From NCBI GenBank assembly GCA_963701295.1, contig OY969585.1, forward strand, positions 3,360,001-3,424,000: a stretch of DNA of 64,000 nucleotides, read 5' to 3'. Both the position numbers and the translations under genes were made by a program. This DNA comes from Ignavibacteriota bacterium. Lineage in GTDB: Bacteria > Bacteroidota > Ignavibacteria > UBA10030. Position 1 is the stretch's first letter. Every line of letters starts with the position of its first letter. Positions 51,742-61,554 of this stretch are shown here, in pieces. The notes beneath the pieces were generated by a model. That model saw only the letters and a list, made by a program, of their open reading frames with translations. It ran no database searches and had not been told where the DNA came from.

Positions 51742-53010
51742 ATGAAAACGGTAACATTAATTCTACTTACATTTTTGACATCATTAACTATGTTCGGGCA
51801 AGACATCACCGGACAATGGAATGGAATATTAAAAGTTCAAGGAATACAATTGAGGATTGTATTCAATATTATTAAAACGGACAATGGTTATAGGTCAACA
51901 ATGGATAGCCCAGACCAAGGGGCAAATGGAATTCCTGTAACTACCACAAGTTTTGAACATTCAATTTTAAAACTTGCGGTAATAAATGCAAAAATCGAAT
52001 ACGAAGGAACTTTAAAAGAAAATAATAATATTATTGGAAATTTTATGCAGGCAGGGCAATCTTTCACGATGAATTTAACAAGAGAACAGATTGAAACAGT
52101 AAAAGCAATAAGAGATTCAATAAATAAAGACACAAATTTTGTAGAAACACAACTTATCTTACAGACTAAAACAGGACAAATCTTTGGGACATTGACAACT
52201 CCAAAGGAGTTTACCAAAATTCCTTTGGCATTAATTATTGCAGGCTCTGGACCAACGGACAGGAATTGCAATGGTCCTATGATAAAATGTGATGCATACA
52301 AAAAACTTGCTTATAGGCTTGCTGAAAATAATATAGCTTCTTTACGCTACGACAAAAGAGGCATTGCAGAAAGCAAAGCAGCAATGAAAAATGAATCCGA
52401 TATTCGTTTTGATGACTATGTGAATGATGCAAAAGAGTGGATACGAACATTAAAGCAGGACAAGCGTTTTTCAAAAGTTATTGTAATAGGACATAGTGAG
52501 GGTTCACTAATTGGAATGATTGCTGCAACTACTGCGGATAAGTTTATTTCTATTGCTGGTGCAGGACAATCGGCAGATAAAATTATTAAAGAGCAATTGA
52601 GCGCTCAACCTAAAGAAGTTCAGGATTTATCTTATCCCATTATTGATAGTTTAACAAAAGGAAAAACAGTAGACAATGTGAATCCAATGCTTAATTCTCT
52701 TTTCAGATTAAGTGTGCAACCTTATTTGATTTCTTGGTTTAAGTATGACCCACAAATCGAAATACAGAAACTAATCATTCCAATTCTTATTATACAGGGA
52801 ACAAACGATATTCAAGTAACTGTCGCAGATGCAAAACGACTTTCAAAAGCAAGTCCTAAAGCCAATCTGATATTGATTAACAAAATGAATCATATTTTTA
52901 GAGTTGTAGATGGTGACAGACAAGCTAATATTGCTTCCTATAACGATGCTTCCCTACCATTGGCGGATGAATTGGTAAAAGACATAACAAGTTTTAGTTT
53001 GACAAAATAA
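51742..53010 (+). CDS. Secreted alpha/beta hydrolase
   Basis: Signal peptide, AGSGPTDRN, RYDKRG, GHSEG nucleophile, QGTND and MNH; AT-rich. Confidence 0.9.
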   Translation: MKTVTLILLTFLTSLTMFGQDITGQWNGILKVQGIQLRIVFNIIKTDNGYRSTMDSPDQGANGIPVTTTSFEHSILKLAVINAKIEYEGTLKENNNIIGNFMQAGQSFTMNLTREQIETVKAIRDSINKDTNFVETQLILQTKTGQIFGTLTTPKEFTKIPLALIIAGSGPTDRNCNGPMIKCDAYKKLAYRLAENNIASLRYDKRGIAESKAAMKNESDIRFDDYVNDAKEWIRTLKQDKRFSKVIVIGHSEGSLIGMIAATTADKFISIAGAGQSADKIIKEQLSAQPKEVQDLSYPIIDSLTKGKTVDNVNPMLNSLFRLSVQPYLISWFKYDPQIEIQKLIIPILIIQGTNDIQVTVADAKRLSKASPKANLILINKMNHIFRVVDGDRQANIASYNDASLPLADELVKDITSFSLTK

Positions 53011-53055
53011 ATAAATGAAGAAAGCACTATAAAATATATTCATAACCGGTTGGCT

Positions 53056-53080
53056 GCCTAACCGAGCGGCTCAATCTGAC
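53056..53080 (+). repeat. attC-like left half-site
   Basis: GCCTAAC-CGAGCGG-CTCAATCTGAC. Confidence 0.6.
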
Positions 53081-53210
53081 GCGATAAAGTCCTGCTTAGT
53101 TTTAATAATACTCACATCAGTATCTTTTTGGGTTGATTGAGCTCTTTACCAGGCCCCGGTATCTTTTTCCTTTCTTTTTCGATTGAAGGGTTTACTGTCG
53201 GGGAACTGCA

Positions 53211-53495
53211 ATTCGCCATTTCGACAACATCCTATATAGATTGTGGCGAGATGGCAAGATGTATATTGCCATATTGCCAAATGGCAAAACAGTATGGCAA
53301 GATGACAAGATGGCGAAATGTGTTTTGACATTGCCACGCTTTTCTTATAGGGATTGGCAAACTGGCAAATCATATTCCTACTTCGCCAGTTCGACACTTC
53401 GACACAAAACTTCGCCATTTGGCAAAGTGACAAAGTAGAGTTCGACATTGCCATCGATCTATAGGGGTTGTGGCAAAGTGGAAATGGCAAAGTCC
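53211..53495. repeat. Iteron-like tract of TGGCAA/TTGCCA/TTCGACA short repeats in both orientations
   Basis: Many TG(G/A/T)C(A/G)A motifs, often at 8-bp spacing, around three TATAG cores about 114 bp apart. Confidence 0.75.
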
Positions 53496-53574
53496 TGATA
53501 CTTGCTATCATCACTTTCCTTATCTCCTGCTCGCTTACAGGAACTGTGGTGCATGCTGGTGCGTGATATTATAA

Positions 53575-54582
53575 TCAGTTCATATTTAAAGTTATCCTAT
53601 CTACAGCGCTGTGCAATTCTCCACCAGAGAGATGAGAATATACTTGAGTAACGACAATCGATGTGTGCCCAAGAAGCTTCTGCACCTCATAAATCCCTAC
53701 CCCGTTCTGAACAAGCCAAGTTGCGAAGGTGTGACGTAAGCTGTGGAAATGTAATTTCTTATCCAATCCAGAAGCAATTACTGCTTGTTTAAAAAGGTGC
53801 GAGATTCTTGCCTAGTCCAGATTCCATCCTTTCTCACCTACAAATACAAATTCTGATCTATGTGGAAGTGATTCTAATATTCCAAGGGCAACTACGTTCA
53901 GAGGAACGACTCTTTCTTTACCGGTTTTCGTATGAAAGCTTTCTGAATTCATTATATAGATCTGCTTGTGTGAAAAATCGACCTGATCCTACTTGAGATT
54001 TGCTATCTCACCTCGGCGCAGACCTGTATTAACAGCAAACAACACGACATTCTTGAACCATTGTTTAGGAATAACAGTAAGGAGTTTATTCATCTCCTCC
54101 CTGTTTAAATAAATAGGACGTTGATGTGGAATAGTCAGAAGTCGAATAAACTTGAAAGGATTCTTTTCGAGAATCTGCCAACGAACAGCTAATCCGAATA
54201 TTGCTTTGACTGTTCGCAGATCAATATTCACTGAAATCGGTTTTAATCTTTTTAAGCGATCAGCTTTAAAGCATTCGATATCAAGGGGAGTAACTTTGTC
54301 GAGATGTTTGTCGCCAACTGACTTGATGAAGAATCTCATCGCATAAGTTGCCTTATCAGTAGTTCCTTTTGCATGATGAATCTTAGAATATTCAAGAAAC
54401 TTCTCGAAGAATTGTGATAAGGTTAGATGAGGATAGATCGAACTTTGTTGACCTTCAAACTCTTTTAAGAATTTCTTTGCATCAATTTTATTTTTAGTTT
54501 TTGTGGATATGCGCTGCCATTTGCAGGTGCTGTTAAGATAGCAAAGGTAATAGAATCCATTTGTTCGCTTGCTGAGATACAT
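53575..54582 (-). pseudogene. Tyrosine recombinase/integrase with two in-frame TAG stops
   Basis: TGLRRGEI, TKTGK, HSLRH, LLGH and TQVY in one frame; TAG at 53989-53991 and 53812-53814; adjacent to the tRNA-Leu 3' end. Confidence 0.88.
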
Positions 54583-54713
54583 TGCAACCTCCTCAAGAAG
54601 TGTGGATGAGGTGACTGCATAGGAACAAAATAGGAACACTATGGGGTTTTTAAGACAGGAGTTTTTGAAGTAAAAATTTCAATTCGATAACTTCAATTGT
54701 ATTATCAACTTTG

Positions 54714-54799
54714 TGCCGAGGGCGGGACTCGAACCCGCACGCCCTTTGCAGGACACAGGATTTTAAGTCCTGTGCGTCTACCAATTCCGCCACCCCGGC
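54714..54799 (-). tRNA. tRNA-Leu (TAA)
   Basis: GCCGGGG acceptor, CAGGA-CTTAAAA-TCCTG anticodon arm, long variable arm, GTTCGAG T loop. Confidence 0.95.
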
Positions 54800-54804
54800 A
54801 GGGT

Positions 54805-54877
54805 AAATGCCGATTTCTGATTCCGAATTGTGGATTACTTAAAAAATCCAAAATTGAAAATTCGCATTTCGCAATTT
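54805..54877. repeat. Inverted heptamer arrays forming a hairpin with no gene inside
   Basis: gccgatt tctgatt ccgaatt gtggatt / aatccaa aattgaa aattcgc atttcgc. Confidence 0.65.
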
Positions 54878-54881
54878 ATTG

Positions 54882-54953
54882 AGGCGCCGGGCGGATTCGA
54901 ACCGTCGCATAAAGGTTTTGCAGACCTCTCCCTTACCACTTGGGTACGGCGCC
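54882..54953 (-). tRNA. tRNA-Cys (GCA)
   Basis: GGCGCCG acceptor, CTGCAAA anticodon loop, GTTCGAA T loop, U73. Confidence 0.95.
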
Positions 54954-55190
54954 ATTCAACAACTTCTTTAGTTCTTCTCTTCCTTTTCCACTCTTCAAAA
55001 ACCTTTCACTTTTTTTTGCTTCATCTTCTGACTGAAATTGCTCTGAGTATATTAACTCAAATGGACGACGTCGTCTTGTGGATTCTGTTTTCCCACTATT
55101 ATGCTCAGCCAACCTCCGGTTAACATCTGAAGAATATCCTGTATAGTATTTTTTATCCTTTATACTTTTCAACACATAAACTTTGTTCAT
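54933..55190 (-). CDS. Small GIY-YIG nuclease family protein overlapping tRNA-Cys
   Basis: VYVLKS, YYTGYS, RLAEHN, RPFELIYSE and ERFLKSGKGR; last codons and TAA lie inside tRNA-Cys. Confidence 0.9.
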   Translation of the reverse strand: MNKVYVLKSIKDKKYYTGYSSDVNRRLAEHNSGKTESTRRRRPFELIYSEQFQSEDEAKKSERFLKSGKGREELKKLLNGAVPKW

Positions 55191-55195
55191 TTTGA

Positions 55196-55243
55196 CTCTC
55201 CCTTACCACACTTGCCCGCCGAAAGCGGGTGCGGTACGGCGCC
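55196..55243 (-). pseudogene. Duplicated 5' half of tRNA-Cys interrupted by a palindrome
   Basis: GGCGCCGTACC[GCACCCGCTTTCGGCGGG]CAAG[TG]TGGTAAGGGAGAG versus 54926-54953. Confidence 0.85.
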
Positions 55244-55328
55244 AGTATTTACATTATCAATGTTAGAACAAAAAACCCACTGCCTGAGAGGTAATGAAGC
55301 AGCGGGGCATATTCAAGCATTATACGCT

Positions 55329-55404
55329 TGGAGCGGGAAACGGGGCTCGGACCCGCGACCTCAACCTTGGCAAGGTTGCGCTCTACCAACTGAGCTATTC
55401 CCGC
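55329..55404 (-). tRNA. tRNA-Gly (GCC), CCA encoded
   Basis: GCGGGAA acceptor, TTGCCAA anticodon loop, variant T loop TCCGAGC. Confidence 0.93.
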
Positions 55405-55433
55405 ATTCATATTTCATTATCATCATTAATAAC

Positions 55434-55489
55434 GCAAGGAGTTACACTCTTCTCCGCTAAACGCGGATAGGCATCTGAGCTATTCCCGC
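55434..55489 (-). pseudogene. Duplicated, decayed 5' half of tRNA-Gly interrupted by a palindrome
   Basis: GCGGGAATAGCTCAG[ATGCCTATCCGCGTTTAGCGGAGA]AGAGTGTAACTCCTTGC. Confidence 0.8.
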
Positions 55490-55501
55490 TGAACTACCAC
55501 T

Positions 55502-55530
55502 AATATACCAAAAACGTCTGCACTCCGCAA
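55502..55530 (-). promoter_or_regulatory. Putative promoter of the Gly-Cys-Leu tRNA operon
   Basis: TTGCGG-N17-TATATT on the minus strand. Confidence 0.6.
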
Positions 55531-55591
55531 GAGATTTTTCTTTAAACTAATTAATTTGGGCATCACTTGATGACAGGTTTCGCATCTTTTT

Positions 55592-56026
55592 TTATCTCGC
55601 ACGTAGAAGCAGATCGGAGTAAGAGACCGCCACTGTTGCTGAGCGCTTTATTTCAAATCGTGCTGAAAGAAATTTCAATAATGTCTGTGCTTGTCGTTTT
55701 CCATACTTCACCAGTACTTCAAACTCAATAAATGCTCCAAGTCCACGCACATCATCCAGACAGAATGCATTTGTTATTTTCGGATTGGAAACAGGAAGTA
55801 CGCAGTAATCGGAGTATCGATGACCTTTCTTGTCCGGCCGATTGTAGTAGATCAGTTCTGCTTCATAAGTATTGATGATCCGCAGCTTGAACCGCCCATG
55901 AGGGACATTCTAATACACATCACGTTGATGGAGAATTCCTTTTAAACGCGTATGAAGACTTCTCGCAGCACGAACGCCTTCGGATATTGATGAAATTCGA
56001 GCTTTCAATTCTAAATTCTGAGATAT
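55592..56026 (-). pseudogene. CYTH/class IV adenylate cyclase (CyaB-like) pseudogene
   Basis: Manual translation gives NLELKAR, HQRDVY*, GRFKLR, ELIYYNRPD, LDDVRGLGAFIEFEV and SYSDLL; start codon is ATA, TAG at 55910-55912. Confidence 0.8.
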
Positions 56027-56115
56027 AACTAATTAAAAATGATAAAGCACGGATTGGATAAACGATGATGGTTGCGTGGGAGCATCTCGACAGCACATCA
56101 TCGGTACAAGTGCTA

Positions 56116-56601
56116 CTACCGACCAATTTCTATGATTTTATATTCCAATATGCCGGCGGGTACTTTTATTTGTACGGTCTCTCCCTCTTTCTTTCCAAGC
56201 AATCCTTTGCCTATTGGTGAGGTAACAGAAATTTTATTCTTCTCAAAGTCAGCTTCCTCAGGTGCGACGAGTCGGTACTCGATGGTTTGTTTGGTTCGCA
56301 GGTCCTGAATCTTGACAAGCGAGAGAATATAGATTTTATCTGTCGGTAAAGAAGCGATATCAATAATCTGTGTTCTCGAAAGGGTTTCTTCCAACTTGGC
56401 AATACGTAATTCAAGATGTTGCTGTGCCTCTTTCGCTGCATCATATTCAGCGTTTTCACTCAGATCGCCGTACCCGCGTGCCTCAGCTATTTTGGCAGCC
56501 ATATCAGCACGACCATTCGTCTTCATCTCACGAAGCTCATGTTCAAGCTCTGTGAGCTTTTCACGTGTCAGATATACCTTACCGTTATTATGATCATCCA
56601 T
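56116..56601 (-). CDS. greA: Transcription elongation factor GreA
   Basis: GDLSENAEY and SPIGKGLLG. Confidence 0.96.
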   Translation of the reverse strand: MDDHNNGKVYLTREKLTELEHELREMKTNGRADMAAKIAEARGYGDLSENAEYDAAKEAQQHLELRIAKLEETLSRTQIIDIASLPTDKIYILSLVKIQDLRTKQTIEYRLVAPEEADFEKNKISVTSPIGKGLLGKKEGETVQIKVPAGILEYKIIEIGR

Positions 56602-56618
56602 ATTAACTCCTTAGAACG

Positions 56619-56733
56619 AAAAAAATCCCCTCAGCAAAATGTCTCTGAAGGGTAAATGCAAAAACAATAGCCACCATCCTGTGGATGATGGCTATTTTAA
56701 AATTAAAGTAGGAGATAAATCAATGAGACGCAA
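56619..56733 (-). promoter_or_regulatory. greA promoter followed by two terminator-like hairpins
   Basis: TTGCGT-N17-TACTTT, then hairpins at 56666-56696 and 56626-56653, each with a T tract. Confidence 0.55.
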
Positions 56734-56748
56734 GAATAATTTTGCCGC

Positions 56749-57990
56749 CTAACTTTTTTTTCCTTCCGCCGAGTTTTTTGCGTCTATCAGAATCAAATGG
56801 CCAAGTTTATCTCGTTTGGTCGTGAGATATCGCTCGTTATGCTGATTCGGATGAACCTCAAGAGGAACCCGCTCCACAACTTCAAGTCCATAACCGGTGA
56901 GGCCAATAATTTTTTTCGGATTGTTCGTCAGCAGGCGCATTTTACCGACACCAAGATCACGGAGAATTTGCGCACCTATTCCATAATCACGCAGGTCAGC
57001 GCGAAAACCGAGTTCCTCATTCGCTTCAACCGTGTCGAGTCCCTCATCCTGTAAATTGTAAGCTTTCAGCTTGTTTAATAATCCTATTCCGCGCCCTTCT
57101 TGCCGCATATAAAGGACTATTCCACATCCTTCCATTTCCACTCGTTCCATCGATGCAACTAGTTGTGCATTACAATCGCAGCGGAGAGAACCGAAGACGT
57201 CACCTGTTAAACATTCTGAATGGACACGAACAAGTGTCGGTTTCTCCGGTGAGATATCTCCTTTGACCAGCGCAATATGATCCTTGCTGTCCGTCTGACT
57301 TCTGAAAAGGTGCATTCGGAATTCTCCATACTGCGAAGGAAGCCTTGTTGAGACAATTCGCTGTACGAGTTTTTCACGGCGTATCCTGTACTCAATCAGC
57401 GCACGCACCGTGATGATTTTTAAATCAAATTGTTCTGCAATCTTCAACAACTCCGGAACACGCGCCATTGTACCATCCTCTGCAAGAATTTCGCATAAAA
57501 CTCCAGCCGGATACAAACCAGCAAGTTGACAGAGATCTACCACTGCCTCGGTGTGACCGGCACGGCGCAAGACGCCACCTTCCATGGCACGCAATGGAAA
57601 AATATGCCCCGGACGCGCAAAATCATTTGCTTGAGCTTTTGGGTCAACAAGTGCGCGCACAGTAGCGGAACGGTCTGCTACAGAAACACCAGTTGTTGTT
57701 CCGTGGAGATAATCAATTGAGACAGTAAAAGGCGTTTCGTGAAGTGAAGTATTTGCATCTACCATGAGATCAAGGTTTAATTCCTTTGCCCGAGGAGTCG
57801 TTATCGGTGCGCATACAACTCCGCGCCCTTCCTTCACAAAGAAATTAATCGCTTCCGGTGTTGTCTTCTCTGCTGAAAGGACAAAGTCGCCCTCATTCTC
57901 ACGATCTTCATCATCCACAACAATAAGAATTTTCCCCTGCTGGAAATCTTCAATTGCGGCTTCAATTGTATTAAATTTTTCTTGTGCCAT
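56749..57990 (-). CDS. ribBA: Bifunctional DHBP synthase / GTP cyclohydrolase II
   Basis: [26 protein letters not shown] and QEGRGIG. Confidence 0.97.
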   Translation of the reverse strand: MAQEKFNTIEAAIEDFQQGKILIVVDDEDRENEGDFVLSAEKTTPEAINFFVKEGRGVVCAPITTPRAKELNLDLMVDANTSLHETPFTVSIDYLHGTTTGVSVADRSATVRALVDPKAQANDFARPGHIFPLRAMEGGVLRRAGHTEAVVDLCQLAGLYPAGVLCEILAEDGTMARVPELLKIAEQFDLKIITVRALIEYRIRREKLVQRIVSTRLPSQYGEFRMHLFRSQTDSKDHIALVKGDISPEKPTLVRVHSECLTGDVFGSLRCDCNAQLVASMERVEMEGCGIVLYMRQEGRGIGLLNKLKAYNLQDEGLDTVEANEELGFRADLRDYGIGAQILRDLGVGKMRLLTNNPKKIIGLTGYGLEVVERVPLEVHPNQHNERYLTTKRDKLGHLILIDAKNSAEGKKS

Positions 57991-58017
57991 GTGTATGCGA
58001 CTGCAGCTTATAATTTT

Positions 58018-58353
58018 TTATCCAATCTTTTTATCCGATTCAGGTTCCGAAATGATTGTTGCAATCGAACTTCTGTCCAATTTTACTTTTACATTGTCGG
58101 CAATCTGAACGAGAACAGTCTTCTCATCCAATCCAGCAACAGTACCATACATACCACCAGATGTGATAACCTTATCACCCTTCTTCACACTCTCCAATAA
58201 CTTCTGGCGTTCTTTCGCCCGCTTCTGTTGAGGACGAATAATCATAAAATAGAAAATAAGAATGATGGAACCAAAGAGAATGATATTTGACATTAGCCCT
58301 GGACCGCCGTCGTTTGTTGATTGAGCCATGAGAATTGTGAAGTGATGAAACAT
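58018..58353 (-). CDS. yajC: Preprotein translocase subunit YajC
   Basis: FYFMIIRPQQKR and GDKVITSGG; follows tgt. Confidence 0.96.
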   Translation of the reverse strand: MFHHFTILMAQSTNDGGPGLMSNIILFGSIILIFYFMIIRPQQKRAKERQKLLESVKKGDKVITSGGMYGTVAGLDEKTVLVQIADNVKVKLDRSSIATIISEPESDKKIG

Positions 58354-58372
58354 TGTATCCTCCTGTTTCTTT

Positions 58373-59961
<1,589 letters not shown>

Positions 59962-59965
<4 letters not shown>

Positions 59966-61542
59966 GTAGTACCTCCTACTTCTATGCTTTGCAACGCGGA
60001 AGGTAAATATTCTATGATATCATTCGCTATAAGACTTCGTTCTCCTATTCTTTTTGCAATAATATCTCCGGATAATCCATGAAGGTACACACCAGTCCAA
60101 GCAGCTTGTAGATCAGACATTCCCTGCGCCCATAAACCTGCAATAATTCCAGAGAGCACATCGCCCGCGCCAGCAGTCGCCATGCCGGGATTTCCTGTAG
60201 AGTTGAGAATTGCAGAACCATCCTTTGAGGCAATAATCGTTGGAACGCCTTTAAGAACGATTGTGACACCAATCCTTTTCGCTAATTCACAAGCGACATT
60301 GACACGATGTTCTTCGACATTGTTCGTTGATATCTTGGAAAGACGAGAGAATTCTCCAACATGCGGTGTAAGGATAAGCTGTGCTCGTAATGAATGGAGT
60401 TTAGTTATTCCATGGACAGCAAGAGCATTCAATCCATCGGCATCAATAAGTGCCTTGCCACGATATTCAAGCAAAATTTTTAAAATCAATTGCTGGGTTT
60501 CAGAATTTTGCGATAAGCCTGGACCGATGACGAGCACATCCGCCCAAGAAAGTCTTTCACGAATTGTATCCAGCGCGGCAAGGCTCAGTGTTCCAGCACT
60601 TGTCGCCGATAACGGAAACACCATCGTCTCCGTCAACTTTCGAGCAAGAATTGGATACACTGACTCTGGTGTTCCTAGCACAACTGCACCAGCACCAATA
60701 CGAAGCGCAGACATACAACACAATGCCGCGGCACCGGTCAATCCTTTCGAGCCAGCTAACACCAACACTTTACCCACACTGTACTTGTGTGCGTGAATTG
60801 ATCTCTTCGGAAGAATTCGCAGAACATCTGATTTCTCAACAAGAAAAGTTTGCAACCGTTTATCTTCTGAGACCATAGGGGGAATGCCGATATCTACAAC
60901 ACGAACGGAACCAATCATCTCACGTCCATGATTGCAAAGCAGTCCGGACTTAAGACATCCAAATGTTACAGTCACGTTTGCATGAATGGCACAATTCTCC
61001 ATTACACCTGTTGTGCCATTGATACCTGACGGAATATCCACAGCTACTACCTTTACCTGCTGTTGATTCACCCATTTAATCATATCTGCAAATGGTTTGT
61101 GCACGGAACCTGTGAAGCCGGTGCCAAACATCGCGTCCACAATAATATCCGGTTCAGGAATTGTTGCGAGAAGTCGTTTTGAATATCGCCGAATAGTGAT
61201 CCGACCTGTCGATTTCTTAGCGAATGTCTGAAGAATCTTGAAATTTGTTTTCGCATCACCTTTCAATTCTGAAGGTGAAGCTACCAGCAGAACACTGATG
61301 TGCGTACAAGAATTCAAGAGCATTCTTGCAACAACGAATCCGTCACCGCCATTATTCCCTTTACCGCAAATAATAAGAATGTGTTTAGATTCGAGCGGGG
61401 AAAATTCTTGTTTAAGGATCTCGACAACACCGCGTCCGGCGTTTTCCATCAACAGCAATCCCGGAACGCTATATGTTTTGACGGTGGTTTCATCACACCA
61501 TTTCATTTCTTCAGCCGAAACTACATGCTTCATAGAAGTCAC
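59962..61542 (-). CDS. nnr: Bifunctional NAD(P)H-hydrate epimerase/dehydratase
   Basis: LMENAG, GKGNNGGDG, DIPSG, DADGL, TPHVGE and GAGDVL. Confidence 0.95.
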
Positions 61543-61554
61543 TCATACTATAGT

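Noticed and set aside
53146-53514. ORFs over the TGGCAA repeat tract
   Set aside because: Their translations only reflect the DNA repeats; no recognisable motif or ribosome binding site
53575-56026. Genome-wide TAG reassignment, suggested by three in-frame ambers
   Set aside because: Host genes such as ffh, greA and the first ABC subunit end in TAG at the expected place
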